IMG/VR virus record: IMGVR_UViG_3300047557_001498
Span: 51,070-115,069 of that record
DNA: 64,000 nucleotides
Reading direction: 5' to 3' (one strand)
DNA from: a virus
Part shown: piece after piece, positions 1-9,580 of the stretch
How the letters are laid out: every line of letters starts with the position of its first letter
Numbering within the stretch: position 1 is the first letter of the stretch
Translations under genes and position numbers: made by a program
The notes under the pieces: model-generated
Database searches by the model: none
What the model was told of the DNA's origin: nothing
What the model saw: only the letters and a program-made list of their open reading frames with translations

Positions 1-1312
1 GTGATTTGTATGATTGAGTTTCATCGTCAGAATACATTTCACGATTGAAATATGGCGGTGATGTGAAAACAAAATCTAACTTACCTTCATACTTTTGGAA
101 TTTAGGATTGTGTTGAATCAATTCTGAACCATCTTGAAAAACATCATACGTGTGATCCTCTTTTACATCGAAAAATCTTGATGAAAGTGAACTACCTTTT
201 TCACCAATGGATTTCAAATAAAAATCAGCAAGATATTCATAACGAGTTATTCCCAATTCTGGAATAGAATTGTCTGTATTAGGATCAGTTCCAACATAAT
301 GTATTGGACGACTTACAGACATTGCACCGAGTATTCTACCACCCCACCCTGCACTTGGATCATATACCGTCACCATTTCACTTGCCGGAATATGTTTCGT
401 AAAATGTTCATACAAAAACTTTGCAGTCATTGGCGGAAAATTTACAGCAGGTTGTGAGAATGAAATACGGAATATCTGAAATGCTTGTGGAAATAACTTT
501 GCACTCTTTTCATATACTCTAACCAAGAAAACGTTTACTCTTGGTTCTTCACCGTCTTTTTTTATCATAAAATTATCAGACAATTCATCTATATCACCCA
601 AATAAAAAATCATACTTTCATCAAGTATTCCATCCTTAACAAACTCACGAATTTGATCGGCTTTGATAGTTAAATACTTTGTATATTTTTTATTGTAAGT
701 TTCAAGTGTACACGATATTTTTGAAATACGCAAACCTTGTCCATCAAATCTACCATCACCATTCTTAAATGCTAAGAAGAAATCTCGAAGTGTTTCTCCC
801 TCACGGAAGTATGGGTTCTTGATTTGATTTGATGAAATGGATTTACTATACAAATACATTGAATCGTTATACAGAGTTCTACGCATAACATGATGAAATG
901 TCTCTTTCATTTCATCGGTGAAGAAATCGTAAATAGATCGTGAAGTTTCACCGTTTGTTCCACTGGCAATTTTTGTTTTCAACATTGTTGGGAAGAATTG
1001 ATTAGCTGCAGAACCGTTTTTAGAAAAATTGGCAATGACGCCGATGATGTCAGCGTCATTACCTTTTTCTGGATTATGAAAAATCTTTGAAGAATTGAAT
1101 TGACGGAGCTTTGAAAATGATTGTATGATTTCTTCTTCACTTCTGCCAACAAGTGGCGGTTTACCATTTTCATCCCAATCTTTCAAAAACCTCATTCGTA
1201 AATCTTCTACCCATTCGGAAAACTTTTTATCGTCATAAGTTACCAACTCACCATATGTTATATTACATGGCCAGGACAGAACATTACCTTTTTCATAAAA
1301 ATATTTTTGCAT
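1..1312 (-). CDS. Amino-DNA methyltransferase (N6-adenine/N4-cytosine type); 3' end runs off the window; missed by the ORF track
   Basis: Manual translation from the ATG at 1312 (overlaps the clamp stop, TGATG): MQKYFYEKGNVLSWPCN... In the same frame are the SAM-binding motif YDPSAGWGGR and the catalytic motif VFTSPPYF (near nt 45-70). Confidence 0.85.
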   Translation of the reverse strand, partial: MQKYFYEKGNVLSWPCNITYGELVTYDDKKFSEWVEDLRMRFLKDWDENGKPPLVGRSEEEIIQSFSKLRQFNSSKIFHNPEKGNDADIIGVIANFSKNGSAANQFFPTMLKTKIASGTNGETSRSIYDFFTDEMKETFHHVMRRTLYNDSMYLYSKSISSNQIKNPYFREGETLRDFFLAFKNGDGRFDGQGLRISKISCTLETYNKKYTKYLTIKADQIREFVKDGILDESMIFYLGDIDELSDNFMIKKDGEEPRVNVFLVRVYEKSAKLFPQAFQIFRISFSQPAVNFPPMTAKFLYEHFTKHIPASEMVTVYDPSAGWGGRILGAMSVSRPIHYVGTDPNTDNSIPELGITRYEYLADFYLKSIGEKGSSLSSRFFDVKEDHTYDVFQDGSELIQHNPKFQKYEGKLDFVFTSPPYFNREMYSDDETQSYKS

Positions 1313-2031
1313 CAGTTGTTATCCAATTTTACTAAATAATATTTGGCTTCAAAATCATCAATATCAAATTCAACTTTTGCCAAACCTTCGGAAGAAACTT
1401 TAAGAGTTCCACCATTAAGGTCTTTATTAGCAGCAAGAATACCGTTAAAGTATTTTGCAGAGAAACTAATCGGATCAATATCACCACTTGCATTACAATC
1501 AATATCAATAGAGATACGGTTTGAATTTGTATTTGAATAACCAAGAACAATTTGATATTTGTTCAATTTATCATTCTTCAATACCGTGAACTTTTCAATA
1601 TCAGATAGTGCAGATTTTGCCTTAATGAATTTGTCAATAAATTCTTTTGTAATCGTAATATCCAATTCAAAAGGTGGCAACTCTTTTAGGTCTGGTGCAG
1701 GTGGAATTACTGCAAGGTCAGCCAACATATAATTTACCGTAGTTGATTTGTCATCAATAGTTAATGAGAACGCCTTATCACCTGCACCGTTTACTTGAAA
1801 GTTTACTGTATTACCAAGAACTCCCAATAAACTCACAAGCAGGTCAGTATTGTAAACTCCAAATTTCCAAGAATCTCCTTGAAAACTTTTTAACTTAACT
1901 TCACCAACAACACACTTATCATCGGAAATAAAACGAGTAGATAAACCACCGTTCATATTCCAAGCAACCGATTGAATCAACTTACCCAAGTGATACTTGC
2001 TGATAAAGTTGAGCAACTTTGATTTTTCCAT
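1312..2031 (-). CDS. DNA polymerase sliding clamp (T4 gp45-like)
   Basis: 239 aa, beta-rich, C-terminal AKYYLV; next to PolB; SD-like AAGGA upstream. Confidence 0.75.
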   Translation of the reverse strand: MEKSKLLNFISKYHLGKLIQSVAWNMNGGLSTRFISDDKCVVGEVKLKSFQGDSWKFGVYNTDLLVSLLGVLGNTVNFQVNGAGDKAFSLTIDDKSTTVNYMLADLAVIPPAPDLKELPPFELDITITKEFIDKFIKAKSALSDIEKFTVLKNDKLNKYQIVLGYSNTNSNRISIDIDCNASGDIDPISFSAKYFNGILAANKDLNGGTLKVSSEGLAKVEFDIDDFEAKYYLVKLDNN

Positions 2032-2066
2032 AACAAAAATCCTTAATGATTAGAAAATAATGTATA

Positions 2067-2097
2067 CAAATATACGAAAAAATTTTGAATTATCAAA
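2067..2097 (-). promoter_or_regulatory. Bacteroidota-type sigma-A promoter (-33 TTTG, 19 nt, -7 TATATTTG)
   Basis: Minus strand reads TTTG-ataattcaaaattttttcg-TATATTTG just upstream of the clamp gene; matches TTTG-N19-21-TAnnTTTG. Confidence 0.75.
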
Positions 2098-3007
2098 ACG
2101 AAAAAAACTTTTGTGCAACTTTTTTGTTCTCCGTTGGGAAATCCCACTTCATTGCATCATAAAAGTTTCTTAACTTGCCATCCAATTCAGATACAAATAA
2201 TTCGTTGGCATCAAAATGTTCTTTGATAAACTCAATAATTTCATCTGGATCGGAATCTCCACGAAAAGCCAACTCCTCCAAACCATATTTGTTGGCTTTT
2301 AAATAAGCAATCTTAACCTTATCACCATTTTTGATTGGAGGAAACTTTGGAGGACAACCAAATACTTTTAATAACTTATTGTAATTTATAGCAGCTTTAA
2401 TATGTGATGGTGTTCCTTTTCCGAATTTACCAAGAACATCATCCGTAACCATGCTTGCATATTTTTTAATGTCTTTAATAGAAGATGTCTTTGCAACCTC
2501 TGAATACAAAACTGTATTCAGATTTCTTTTGAAAGATAAAATATTTTCATCTATGTCCTTTTTATTTTTGTCTTTGAGAATATCAACTATAACATTTTTC
2601 ATAAGTTTCTGAAACGATTTTGGGAATGATGAGCGCACAATATCCAATCCTTTAACTTCTAACTTATCAACCGATACTCCATTATCTGAAATAATCCATA
2701 GTGCATATCTCTTTTTCTTTTGCCAGAAACCCGTTCTACCAATCATTTCTTGTTTAATTTCTAAACGATGTTTGTCTGTATTGAATATCTTTTTAGCAAA
2801 AACATCATAGAATTGATTAACATAATTTTGAACTTCAGTTGCAATTTCGTAAATTTTAGGTGTCATAGAATCAATATCATTGGTATCTATTTCAGGAAAT
2901 CTATTCTTAACGAGAGGCAGACAAGAAACGAAAACAGAATCCGTGTCTACATATTGAACATGATCTATTTCAACATTTTCATTTTTTATTATTTTTTTTA
3001 TTTTCAT
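2093..3007 (-). CDS. Family B DNA polymerase, C-terminal subunit (palm motif C and thumb)
   Basis: YVDTDS, KKRY and KGLDIVRS motifs; C-terminal clamp-binding-like QKFFSF; extra basic N-terminal peptide MKIKKIIKNEN. Confidence 0.92.
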   Translation of the reverse strand: MKIKKIIKNENVEIDHVQYVDTDSVFVSCLPLVKNRFPEIDTNDIDSMTPKIYEIATEVQNYVNQFYDVFAKKIFNTDKHRLEIKQEMIGRTGFWQKKKRYALWIISDNGVSVDKLEVKGLDIVRSSFPKSFQKLMKNVIVDILKDKNKKDIDENILSFKRNLNTVLYSEVAKTSSIKDIKKYASMVTDDVLGKFGKGTPSHIKAAINYNKLLKVFGCPPKFPPIKNGDKVKIAYLKANKYGLEELAFRGDSDPDEIIEFIKEHFDANELFVSELDGKLRNFYDAMKWDFPTENKKVAQKFFSF

Positions 3008-3023
3008 ATCGAATCAATATATT

Positions 3024-3671
3024 TTACAAATTAAGAAAACTTTTATACGAACATGATATATTTGCATTGTCTAAATAGTGTTTAAATTCTACATCCGAAT
3101 CTCTTTCTTCTGGTGTGAAATACCACGGTATATGTTTTGCCCTATAATCAACTAAACTAACACCACCGATGAATGCATCTTTTATATTGTAAACAGCAAA
3201 TGTAGTATCTATCAATACATTTATCAAACAACCTTCAAGTTCTGTTGATTGCGTTTGTCTAGATTTTTCATACGATTGTATGTGATCATAATACGGCGAA
3301 TCAATCGGAACATCGTGAAAGTCTAATGTTAAACCAACCTTACCATAATCTGGAAATTTTTCAAGAATAGATATTGATTTTGTCAAACAATCTGTTGGTG
3401 TGATTGATAAATCTAAATCAGGATCTGTTACAACATAGTAATCTGATTCTAATGAATTAACCAATCCCGAAATCCATGGTGCATGATGGCCTAAATTTTC
3501 AGTTCTAACAACTCTAATATCCGTTTCACTATACCATTCCAAAAGAGGTTCATATGTACTATCATTATCTAAAATTATTATTTCACCGACCATATCAAAC
3601 TTTGAAATGTATTCTATCATTTTTCTTGGCCATGTCAATAAGTTTCTATTATTTATTATTACTGGAATCAT
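3024..3671 (-). CDS. GT-A fold (GT2-like) glycosyltransferase inserted between the PolB halves
   Basis: IPVIINN...IIILDNDST...YYVVTDPDL (DxD) pattern. Confidence 0.75.
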   Translation of the reverse strand: MIPVIINNRNLLTWPRKMIEYISKFDMVGEIIILDNDSTYEPLLEWYSETDIRVVRTENLGHHAPWISGLVNSLESDYYVVTDPDLDLSITPTDCLTKSISILEKFPDYGKVGLTLDFHDVPIDSPYYDHIQSYEKSRQTQSTELEGCLINVLIDTTFAVYNIKDAFIGGVSLVDYRAKHIPWYFTPEERDSDVEFKHYLDNANISCSYKSFLNL

Positions 3672-3686
3672 TTTTTTTCCAAAAAA

Positions 3687-5453
3687 TTATACAATATCAT
3701 CTGTTTCTAAAAGTTCAGACGCCTTAACTTTTGTCAATATACCATTTCTCATTATGGATATAAAATTATTTGAATAGTATGTTCGAGTTGAATTGTCTTC
3801 CATTTTAACAATTACCTCATATCCAAGCTCTTTATTGTATTTCATGTTTATAGCAGCTTCTGTTTTTTTGATAACGGTTTGACCGGATAGAGTAACCGCT
3901 TCAGCATTATCAATATCATAAAAACGAAATGCCGGTAAACCCAAAATACCATACATAGAATTAAGAAGAATTTTTTGAACAAGTTGTCTTTTCTTGTAAA
4001 ACTCATACTTTTCTGTATCACCCGCATTACCCCACTTCTTCATTTCATTTTTATACTCAACCCTCTTATCAAACCAATCAGAAAGAATTGCTGGAATAAG
4101 TCCTGTTCTTTCTGAACTATACATTACCCCATTTGATGCAACGGTGTATTTGTATTTATCCAAAAATGCCTTTAACTTTTCTTTCGATACCGTTTCACCA
4201 CCAACAATATATGCATCTACATTACCACGAAGAAATTCTTCTGCATTCCAATTCTCAATCTTAGCAATTTTTGTTTCCGGTGAAATGTTTAGTGTCATAA
4301 TGATTGACGGATAAAGTGATGTTAAGTCCAAGTCATACATCCACTCATATCTACCAGGAACGGGATCCTTAACAAATGCTCCAATAAATCCCTTCTCACC
4401 ACTATCTTTCAATTCTTGCATTTTTTCTTGTCTATCTGCAGGTTTGTTCGGAGCAACAACACCACCAATATGCTTCAGATATGTCAGCATCGCACCTTCA
4501 AGATACTTTGATGAATAAACAAAATCTTCATAAGGAACATGACCGACATGAGCAATACCTCTAACTAAATCGATATATTGTAATTTCTTATCCAAATCAA
4601 TTACCAACTCAACGTCAGTAATGTTGTAATCAATAAATGTATCAATATCGTTTTCCATCAAATCATCAAGATTACCCTCATACTCAACCTTACCACGACC
4701 AAGTTCTGTTATTGAAACATAATCTAATGAATAAGATGGTAGCTCCTTATATGAGAATTTTTTGTAAACAGTCATATAATCTAACACAGATGTCCCACCT
4801 ATTGTATATCGGTTTCTATATGGAGAATAAAACATTTCACCGATAACAGAAAGATTGTTTGCTTGTTTTTTACCGAGAACACGTTTGATGCGATTATACA
4901 AATATGGAATATCGAATGCATCACAATTCCAACCCGTCATAACATGGGGTTGAATTTCTTGAATAGCATCTATAAATTTTAATAACAAAGTTTTTTCATC
5001 GTAACATGGAATTACTGTTTTGTTATGGGTAGTTTTTGAATCTAATTTTTTTTTCTTGTCCAATACAAGAATTGTGTAATGGTCTGATGCAGAATCATGG
5101 TAAGCGATAGATGTTACTTCATTGTTACCTTGTGTTGGATCTGGAACACCTGTAATCATTTCAACCTCAATATCAAATGTCATAGTAACTATTCCATTTG
5201 ACGGCATATCTGAATCGCCGTACATATCAACGAGAATACGAGTAGTCTCTGCAATATCAGATTCAAACAAGTCTGGATCATTCTTAACAAAGTTTGTAAC
5301 CTTTGATAGTTTATCACCATATAGAGAAATATATTTACCGTTAGGATCTTTTTTGTAAGCATACGGTTTATATTCAAAATGTAATAAACCTTTGGTATCA
5401 TCCCAAACCCACGCTTCTCTTGTATTTGTTTTTACGAAAATGTTTTGATACAT
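3687..5453 (-). CDS. Family B DNA polymerase, N-terminal subunit (3'-5' exonuclease, motifs A and B); likely start MYQNIF at 5453
   Basis: ExoI FDIEV, ExoII GWNCDAFDIPY, ExoIII YNITDV, motif A DLTSLYPSII, motif B KILLNSMYG; ends in a 44-aa non-polymerase tail. Confidence 0.93.
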   Translation of the reverse strand: MYQNIFVKTNTREAWVWDDTKGLLHFEYKPYAYKKDPNGKYISLYGDKLSKVTNFVKNDPDLFESDIAETTRILVDMYGDSDMPSNGIVTMTFDIEVEMITGVPDPTQGNNEVTSIAYHDSASDHYTILVLDKKKKLDSKTTHNKTVIPCYDEKTLLLKFIDAIQEIQPHVMTGWNCDAFDIPYLYNRIKRVLGKKQANNLSVIGEMFYSPYRNRYTIGGTSVLDYMTVYKKFSYKELPSYSLDYVSITELGRGKVEYEGNLDDLMENDIDTFIDYNITDVELVIDLDKKLQYIDLVRGIAHVGHVPYEDFVYSSKYLEGAMLTYLKHIGGVVAPNKPADRQEKMQELKDSGEKGFIGAFVKDPVPGRYEWMYDLDLTSLYPSIIMTLNISPETKIAKIENWNAEEFLRGNVDAYIVGGETVSKEKLKAFLDKYKYTVASNGVMYSSERTGLIPAILSDWFDKRVEYKNEMKKWGNAGDTEKYEFYKKRQLVQKILLNSMYGILGLPAFRFYDIDNAEAVTLSGQTVIKKTEAAINMKYNKELGYEVIVKMEDNSTRTYYSNNFISIMRNGILTKVKASELLETDDIV

Positions 5454-5454
5454 A

Positions 5455-6681
5455 TTAAACTCTCTTAAACATCCATATTGGTTCACAAAACTTTTTATCT
5501 CTATTCTTCTCGGCAAATTCTACACTATCATCAAGGAAATGTCCGTCTCTTGTTGCAGTTCCTGCACCGGCAGAGTTTGGTCTTTTTGACATTTCCATTC
5601 CGATACAACCGATATATTCCATTCCATTCTCTACAAGGAAATCACTCATTGGGTTTGTTATCTCTAACCATTGACGACCGGTAGACCATGCAGAGTTTGT
5701 GTAAACATCTGCAATGTTTATTGCCATAATACCACCAACTCTCAATGATGGGATGATATTACCCAATGTTTTATGTAGAAAGTTTTTATTCCATTCATCA
5801 ATACCTTTATATCGAACCCAACTTTGTGTGTCTGATTGTGAATACTTCTCAACATTAAAATATGGTGGTGATGTAAACACCAAGTCAAAGTGTTCCGGAT
5901 ATTGTGTGAAATCGAAATCTTCTGCTGGTGATGTATAAAAATTCGTTTTCTTTTTACTTTCAAAGAAACCTAAATTCTTTTCATAGAACTGTTTTTGTTC
6001 TTCATATATCGGATGATTTTCTACTCTTGGATCCAAACCAACATAATGTTCGGTACAAGATGCTGCATAAAAACCAGCAAGTCTGTCACCCCATCCCATA
6101 GAGAAATCCAATACATTCTTTACACCCAACATTTCATATAGAACTTTAGCAACATTTGGTTTAAACTGTGAACAAATGTATTTACGAAGACCTAACATGG
6201 TTCTTAATTCCGATTTACCAAGTGTTTCCATTTTGAGTGAATACATGGAACCCATTAGTGATTTCATAAACTTATGGTTAGACCATGTTCTGGCAGGACC
6301 TGGTGAAACTGATGCATCAACTTCCCAACGATTCTTTTGTTGAAAATAATTTGATGCATCGTTACCAGTATTCAAACGACTGAAATATAATTGTTTTCCC
6401 TCATATGTCAAAGCATATTTTGGTTCAGACGCCTTTCTTGGAAACCACTCACCTTCGGTTAGCAATTCATTCCAACGAATACCTTTGAGTTTTAGAAACT
6501 CTCGTTGTGCATCTTCAATAGTAATTTCAGCGTAAGGTAAAGGGTATGTCATTGCTATTTCAGCAAGACGATCCTTTACATATTCTTTATCGAAGTTTTC
6601 TTTTATGTATGTTATTTGTTCGGCAGTTATTGTTAGATACGGTTCCATACCGTAAAATTGTTGGAAGTAATCTTGTTGCAC
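5455..6681 (-). CDS. Amino-DNA methyltransferase (N6A/N4C), paralog of the gene at 1..1312
   Basis: LDFSMGWGDRLAG (motif I) and FTSPPYF (motif IV); GTG start. Confidence 0.88.
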   Translation of the reverse strand: MQQDYFQQFYGMEPYLTITAEQITYIKENFDKEYVKDRLAEIAMTYPLPYAEITIEDAQREFLKLKGIRWNELLTEGEWFPRKASEPKYALTYEGKQLYFSRLNTGNDASNYFQQKNRWEVDASVSPGPARTWSNHKFMKSLMGSMYSLKMETLGKSELRTMLGLRKYICSQFKPNVAKVLYEMLGVKNVLDFSMGWGDRLAGFYAASCTEHYVGLDPRVENHPIYEEQKQFYEKNLGFFESKKKTNFYTSPAEDFDFTQYPEHFDLVFTSPPYFNVEKYSQSDTQSWVRYKGIDEWNKNFLHKTLGNIIPSLRVGGIMAINIADVYTNSAWSTGRQWLEITNPMSDFLVENGMEYIGCIGMEMSKRPNSAGAGTATRDGHFLDDSVEFAEKNRDKKFCEPIWMFKRV

Positions 6682-6694
6682 AAAACACCATTTG

Positions 6695-6985
6695 TTAATC
6701 TATTGAATAAAAACTACCTATTCTATCTCTCATATCATATACAACTCTAAACTTTCTTACAAATTCATCTTGTTTGTATATTTTTGTATCATTATTATCA
6801 ATAACAACGTAATCGCCCGGTAAAATTTCTTTTCCAGATTTAAATGTGAACTTGTACAACGATTCACTTACCAATGAAATAACACCGTCCCATTTATCAA
6901 CAGCTTCAAGTGCAGATTCTTTTGTGCCATCAAAATGATATGCAGAGAATTTAGAGTGTAAAGGTTCGACCATCATAAAATTCAT
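6695..6985 (-). CDS. Hypothetical protein
   Basis: 96-aa ORF packed between neighbours on the coding strand. Confidence 0.6.
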   Translation of the reverse strand: MNFMMVEPLHSKFSAYHFDGTKESALEAVDKWDGVISLVSESLYKFTFKSGKEILPGDYVVIDNNDTKIYKQDEFVRKFRVVYDMRDRIGSFYSID

Positions 6986-6990
6986 AACAA

Positions 6991-7275
6991 TTATTTCCTC
7001 ATAAGTTTTTTCTTAAAATCTTTCAACCAATCTGGATCGTTTTCAGTATCATCAATGTCATAATATGTTTTACCATCTTTTGCCATTGTCCAATTATCAG
7101 AGATTTCATCCTCATTTGGCATTAGAATTTCTTCCAAAGAATCCAAATCACCGTGAGTTGCTGCAATATGATCCTTTATATGTTTTCTGGTCTTTCTGTG
7201 AGCATGGACTTTATCATATTTTTCAGAAGAACCTGTATTGCCTATTATAGGATTTTTTCTATATGAACGGCTCAT
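6991..7275 (-). CDS. Hypothetical phage protein (MSRSYRK-type basic N-terminus)
   Basis: 94 aa; GAGG SD-like motif upstream. Confidence 0.65.
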   Translation of the reverse strand: MSRSYRKNPIIGNTGSSEKYDKVHAHRKTRKHIKDHIAATHGDLDSLEEILMPNEDEISDNWTMAKDGKTYYDIDDTENDPDWLKDFKKKLMRK

Positions 7276-7292
7276 AACATAACCTCATAAAA

Positions 7293-7940
7293 TTAAAGTT
7301 GAATATCTTTCCAATTTCCGTTTGCAATAGTTTTTGTTGCCCATTTACCCATGTTGTTTGCAACTTCATAATAGTTGTAAACACCTTTTTGTTCTAACAT
7401 ACTATCTTCAAACACAAATGGTCTACCCTTTACCTTTGTCATAAATTCTCCACCCTTACCCATGTTTCTATCATTAAAAGATTGTGTGTTTCTGTATCCA
7501 GGAAAAGAATTAGGACACTTATTTGTTCCAATCAAAACAGATCCTTTGCCACCTTTTGGTATAAACAGTATAGAATCTTGCATATACTTTTCACCTAGTC
7601 TGACTAAATCTGATTTTAATGTTCCCTTATCTTTCAAATCAACAACAAAGTAAACATCCTCTTTTACTTCTTTTGCATCTTTTGTTCCAAAGTTTTCGAT
7701 ATAAGCACCATCAACTCTAGTTACACCATAACCAAGAACTTCAAGATTTGCATACAACTGTCTATTTCTTTTTTTATTATCATCCAATGAATATTCTGCA
7801 TCATCTGGACTACCACAACCTTCTTTTGAACGGAATGCCGTTATTGTACCACAATCATGTTCATCCATGTGTTTTGTTAAACGAGAAAGACCACTCTCAT
7901 TTACATTCTTGTTTGGTAATAAATCTTTTAACTTTGCCAT
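7293..7940 (-). CDS. Conserved phage hypothetical protein, candidate internal head protein
   Basis: N-terminus MAKLKDLL...VNE-SG; has its own ATATTTAT motif at 7971-7978. Confidence 0.65.
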   Translation of the reverse strand: MAKLKDLLPNKNVNESGLSRLTKHMDEHDCGTITAFRSKEGCGSPDDAEYSLDDNKKRNRQLYANLEVLGYGVTRVDGAYIENFGTKDAKEVKEDVYFVVDLKDKGTLKSDLVRLGEKYMQDSILFIPKGGKGSVLIGTNKCPNSFPGYRNTQSFNDRNMGKGGEFMTKVKGRPFVFEDSMLEQKGVYNYYEVANNMGKWATKTIANGNWKDIQL

Positions 7941-7983
7941 AATTTCTCTCGGTTATGAAAAACATTTACTATAAATATACAAA

Positions 7984-8490
7984 TCATTTTTTATCTGTTG
8001 AACCAAATCCACCATCGCCTCTATTACTATCAGACAGTTCTCGAACTTCTTCAAAATGAACGGTTGGGTATGGAATGATTATCAACTGAGCAATTTTATC
8101 GCCAACTTTTGGAACATTGTTTATCCATTCTTCATCAAATGGAAAACTTGGATATTCAAATCTAGCAAGAATTTCACCACGATAATTTGAATCAATAACT
8201 CCAACTGAATTTTTTAATGATACACCCGATAGTGCCTTTGTTATTGAGCTTCTTGGAAAAAGAAGTCCAACATAACCACTTGGAATTTCTACGGCAATAC
8301 CTGTTCCATATTCCATGAATGTTTTATCCTTTCTCAATGATGTTGCAGTTAAATCCAAACCAGCATCACCATCTTGTGCATATCGTGGTGTTACTGCTTC
8401 AGGTACTAATTTACGAAATTTTACAGTTAAATCCAAATTATTTTTGTAATTTAATTTGTAATTGGGAAACCATTTGCCAACCAAACTCAT
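7984..8490 (-). CDS. dut: Trimeric dUTPase
   Basis: AGLDL, PRSS, GVIDSNYRGEI, AQLII and RGDGGFGST motifs. Confidence 0.95.
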   Translation of the reverse strand: MSLVGKWFPNYKLNYKNNLDLTVKFRKLVPEAVTPRYAQDGDAGLDLTATSLRKDKTFMEYGTGIAVEIPSGYVGLLFPRSSITKALSGVSLKNSVGVIDSNYRGEILARFEYPSFPFDEEWINNVPKVGDKIAQLIIIPYPTVHFEEVRELSDSNRGDGGFGSTDKK

Positions 8491-8491
8491 T

Positions 8492-9241
8492 TTAACCTCC
8501 TACATTCCAAAATAATGCATCATCCGATGCGTGTTCTCTAATAAATGACCAAACTTTTGAATCGTAATAATCCGAAGATGGAAACGGTGGTTTCTCTGCG
8601 GGTTTACATTTTTGTGTGAATTTATACTTTGATACGAAGATTTCTGCCCTACCTCTCTCTCTATCGGTAGTATTGTGACCAACTCTAACACCATATATTT
8701 TTGCATCTGGCCATGCCTTCTGTAATCCCCTTGACAGAACACCTGAACTTATACATGACCAAACTTCTTTTGGTTGTATTGGAAGTGAACTCGCAATTCT
8801 AGCAACTTCATCAATAACAACAGGATGGTCAAGACCAAATGGTAATAATTGTGAACCGGGAGTTTCTACTGCATATTTTTTAGCAACGTGTTGAATGTGT
8901 GTAAGAAATCCCATAGGAACTTCTATAATGTTTGCACCAATAGAAATTGCTTCTTTGGTTAGTGGTAGATGTTTTCCTTTCGGAATGATAACTGTTGCCT
9001 TCAATCCCAAATCTCTACAAGCATAAGCAAGTGCAACTTGAGCATAGCCAACTCTCGGTGAAGCATAAACCCATTCCCTTACATGAGATTGTGATTGAAG
9101 ATAACGATATAAAAATCTTCTCTTTGTTCCACCAGGAAGTAAGTCATCACGAACTACCCAAATGTTTTCATGTTTTTCAATAACAACATCTGGTAAAGTT
9201 ACCGTAACATCTTTCGTTGGATATTGAAAGAAGTCTGACAT
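8492..9241 (-). CDS. PLP-dependent fold-type II enzyme (ACC deaminase/D-cysteine desulfhydrase-like)
   Basis: VRDDLLPGGTKRR (PLP lysine), SSGVLSRG phosphate loop, YDSK, FWNVG. Confidence 0.8.
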   Translation of the reverse strand: MSDFFQYPTKDVTVTLPDVVIEKHENIWVVRDDLLPGGTKRRFLYRYLQSQSHVREWVYASPRVGYAQVALAYACRDLGLKATVIIPKGKHLPLTKEAISIGANIIEVPMGFLTHIQHVAKKYAVETPGSQLLPFGLDHPVVIDEVARIASSLPIQPKEVWSCISSGVLSRGLQKAWPDAKIYGVRVGHNTTDRERGRAEIFVSKYKFTQKCKPAEKPPFPSSDYYDSKVWSFIREHASDDALFWNVGG

Positions 9242-9249
9242 AAATAACC

Positions 9250-9507
9250 TTACAAACTAGTGATAATTTCTTCGTAGTATTTTAATCCATGTAACCCTAC
9301 AATCCTTTGAACTTCTTCTCCGTTTTTTTCAAATATTACGGTTGGAACCCCTCTAACGCCAATTTTTGATGCAGCTTCTGGATTTTCATCAACATCTATT
9401 ATTTGGTAATTAGTATTTGGATATTTGTTCACCAAGTCTCTCATAATAGGAGACAGTTGTTTACATGGTTGGCACCATGTTGCTGTGAAGTGTTTAATTT
9501 TAATCAT
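9250..9507 (-). CDS. trxA: Thioredoxin
   Basis: FTATWCQPC, DVDEN, GVRGVPT. Confidence 0.93.
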   Translation of the reverse strand: MIKIKHFTATWCQPCKQLSPIMRDLVNKYPNTNYQIIDVDENPEAASKIGVRGVPTVIFEKNGEEVQRIVGLHGLKYYEEIITSL

Positions 9508-9541
9508 AACTCATTTTAATTGTTTGTTCAAAAACTTATGT

Positions 9542-9573
9542 CAAATATACATATTTTTCAAATACCAAGCAAG
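9542..9573 (-). promoter_or_regulatory. Bacteroidota-type promoter (cTTG-N20-TATATTTG) for the trx-PLP-dut operon
   Basis: TATATTTG at 9549-9542 and CTTG 20 nt upstream. Confidence 0.6.
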
Positions 9574-9580
9574 CAATTTA

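Noticed and set aside
979-1173. 64-aa minus-strand ORF in the track
   Set aside because: It is an out-of-frame shadow inside the long methyltransferase ORF (1..1312).
2975-3821. Functional split intein, group I intron or homing endonuclease in polB
   Set aside because: No N-terminal Cys/Ser, TxxH or terminal HN plus nucleophile; the spacers are only about 15 nt, leaving no room for a ribozyme core; the intervening ORF has GT motifs, not nuclease motifs.
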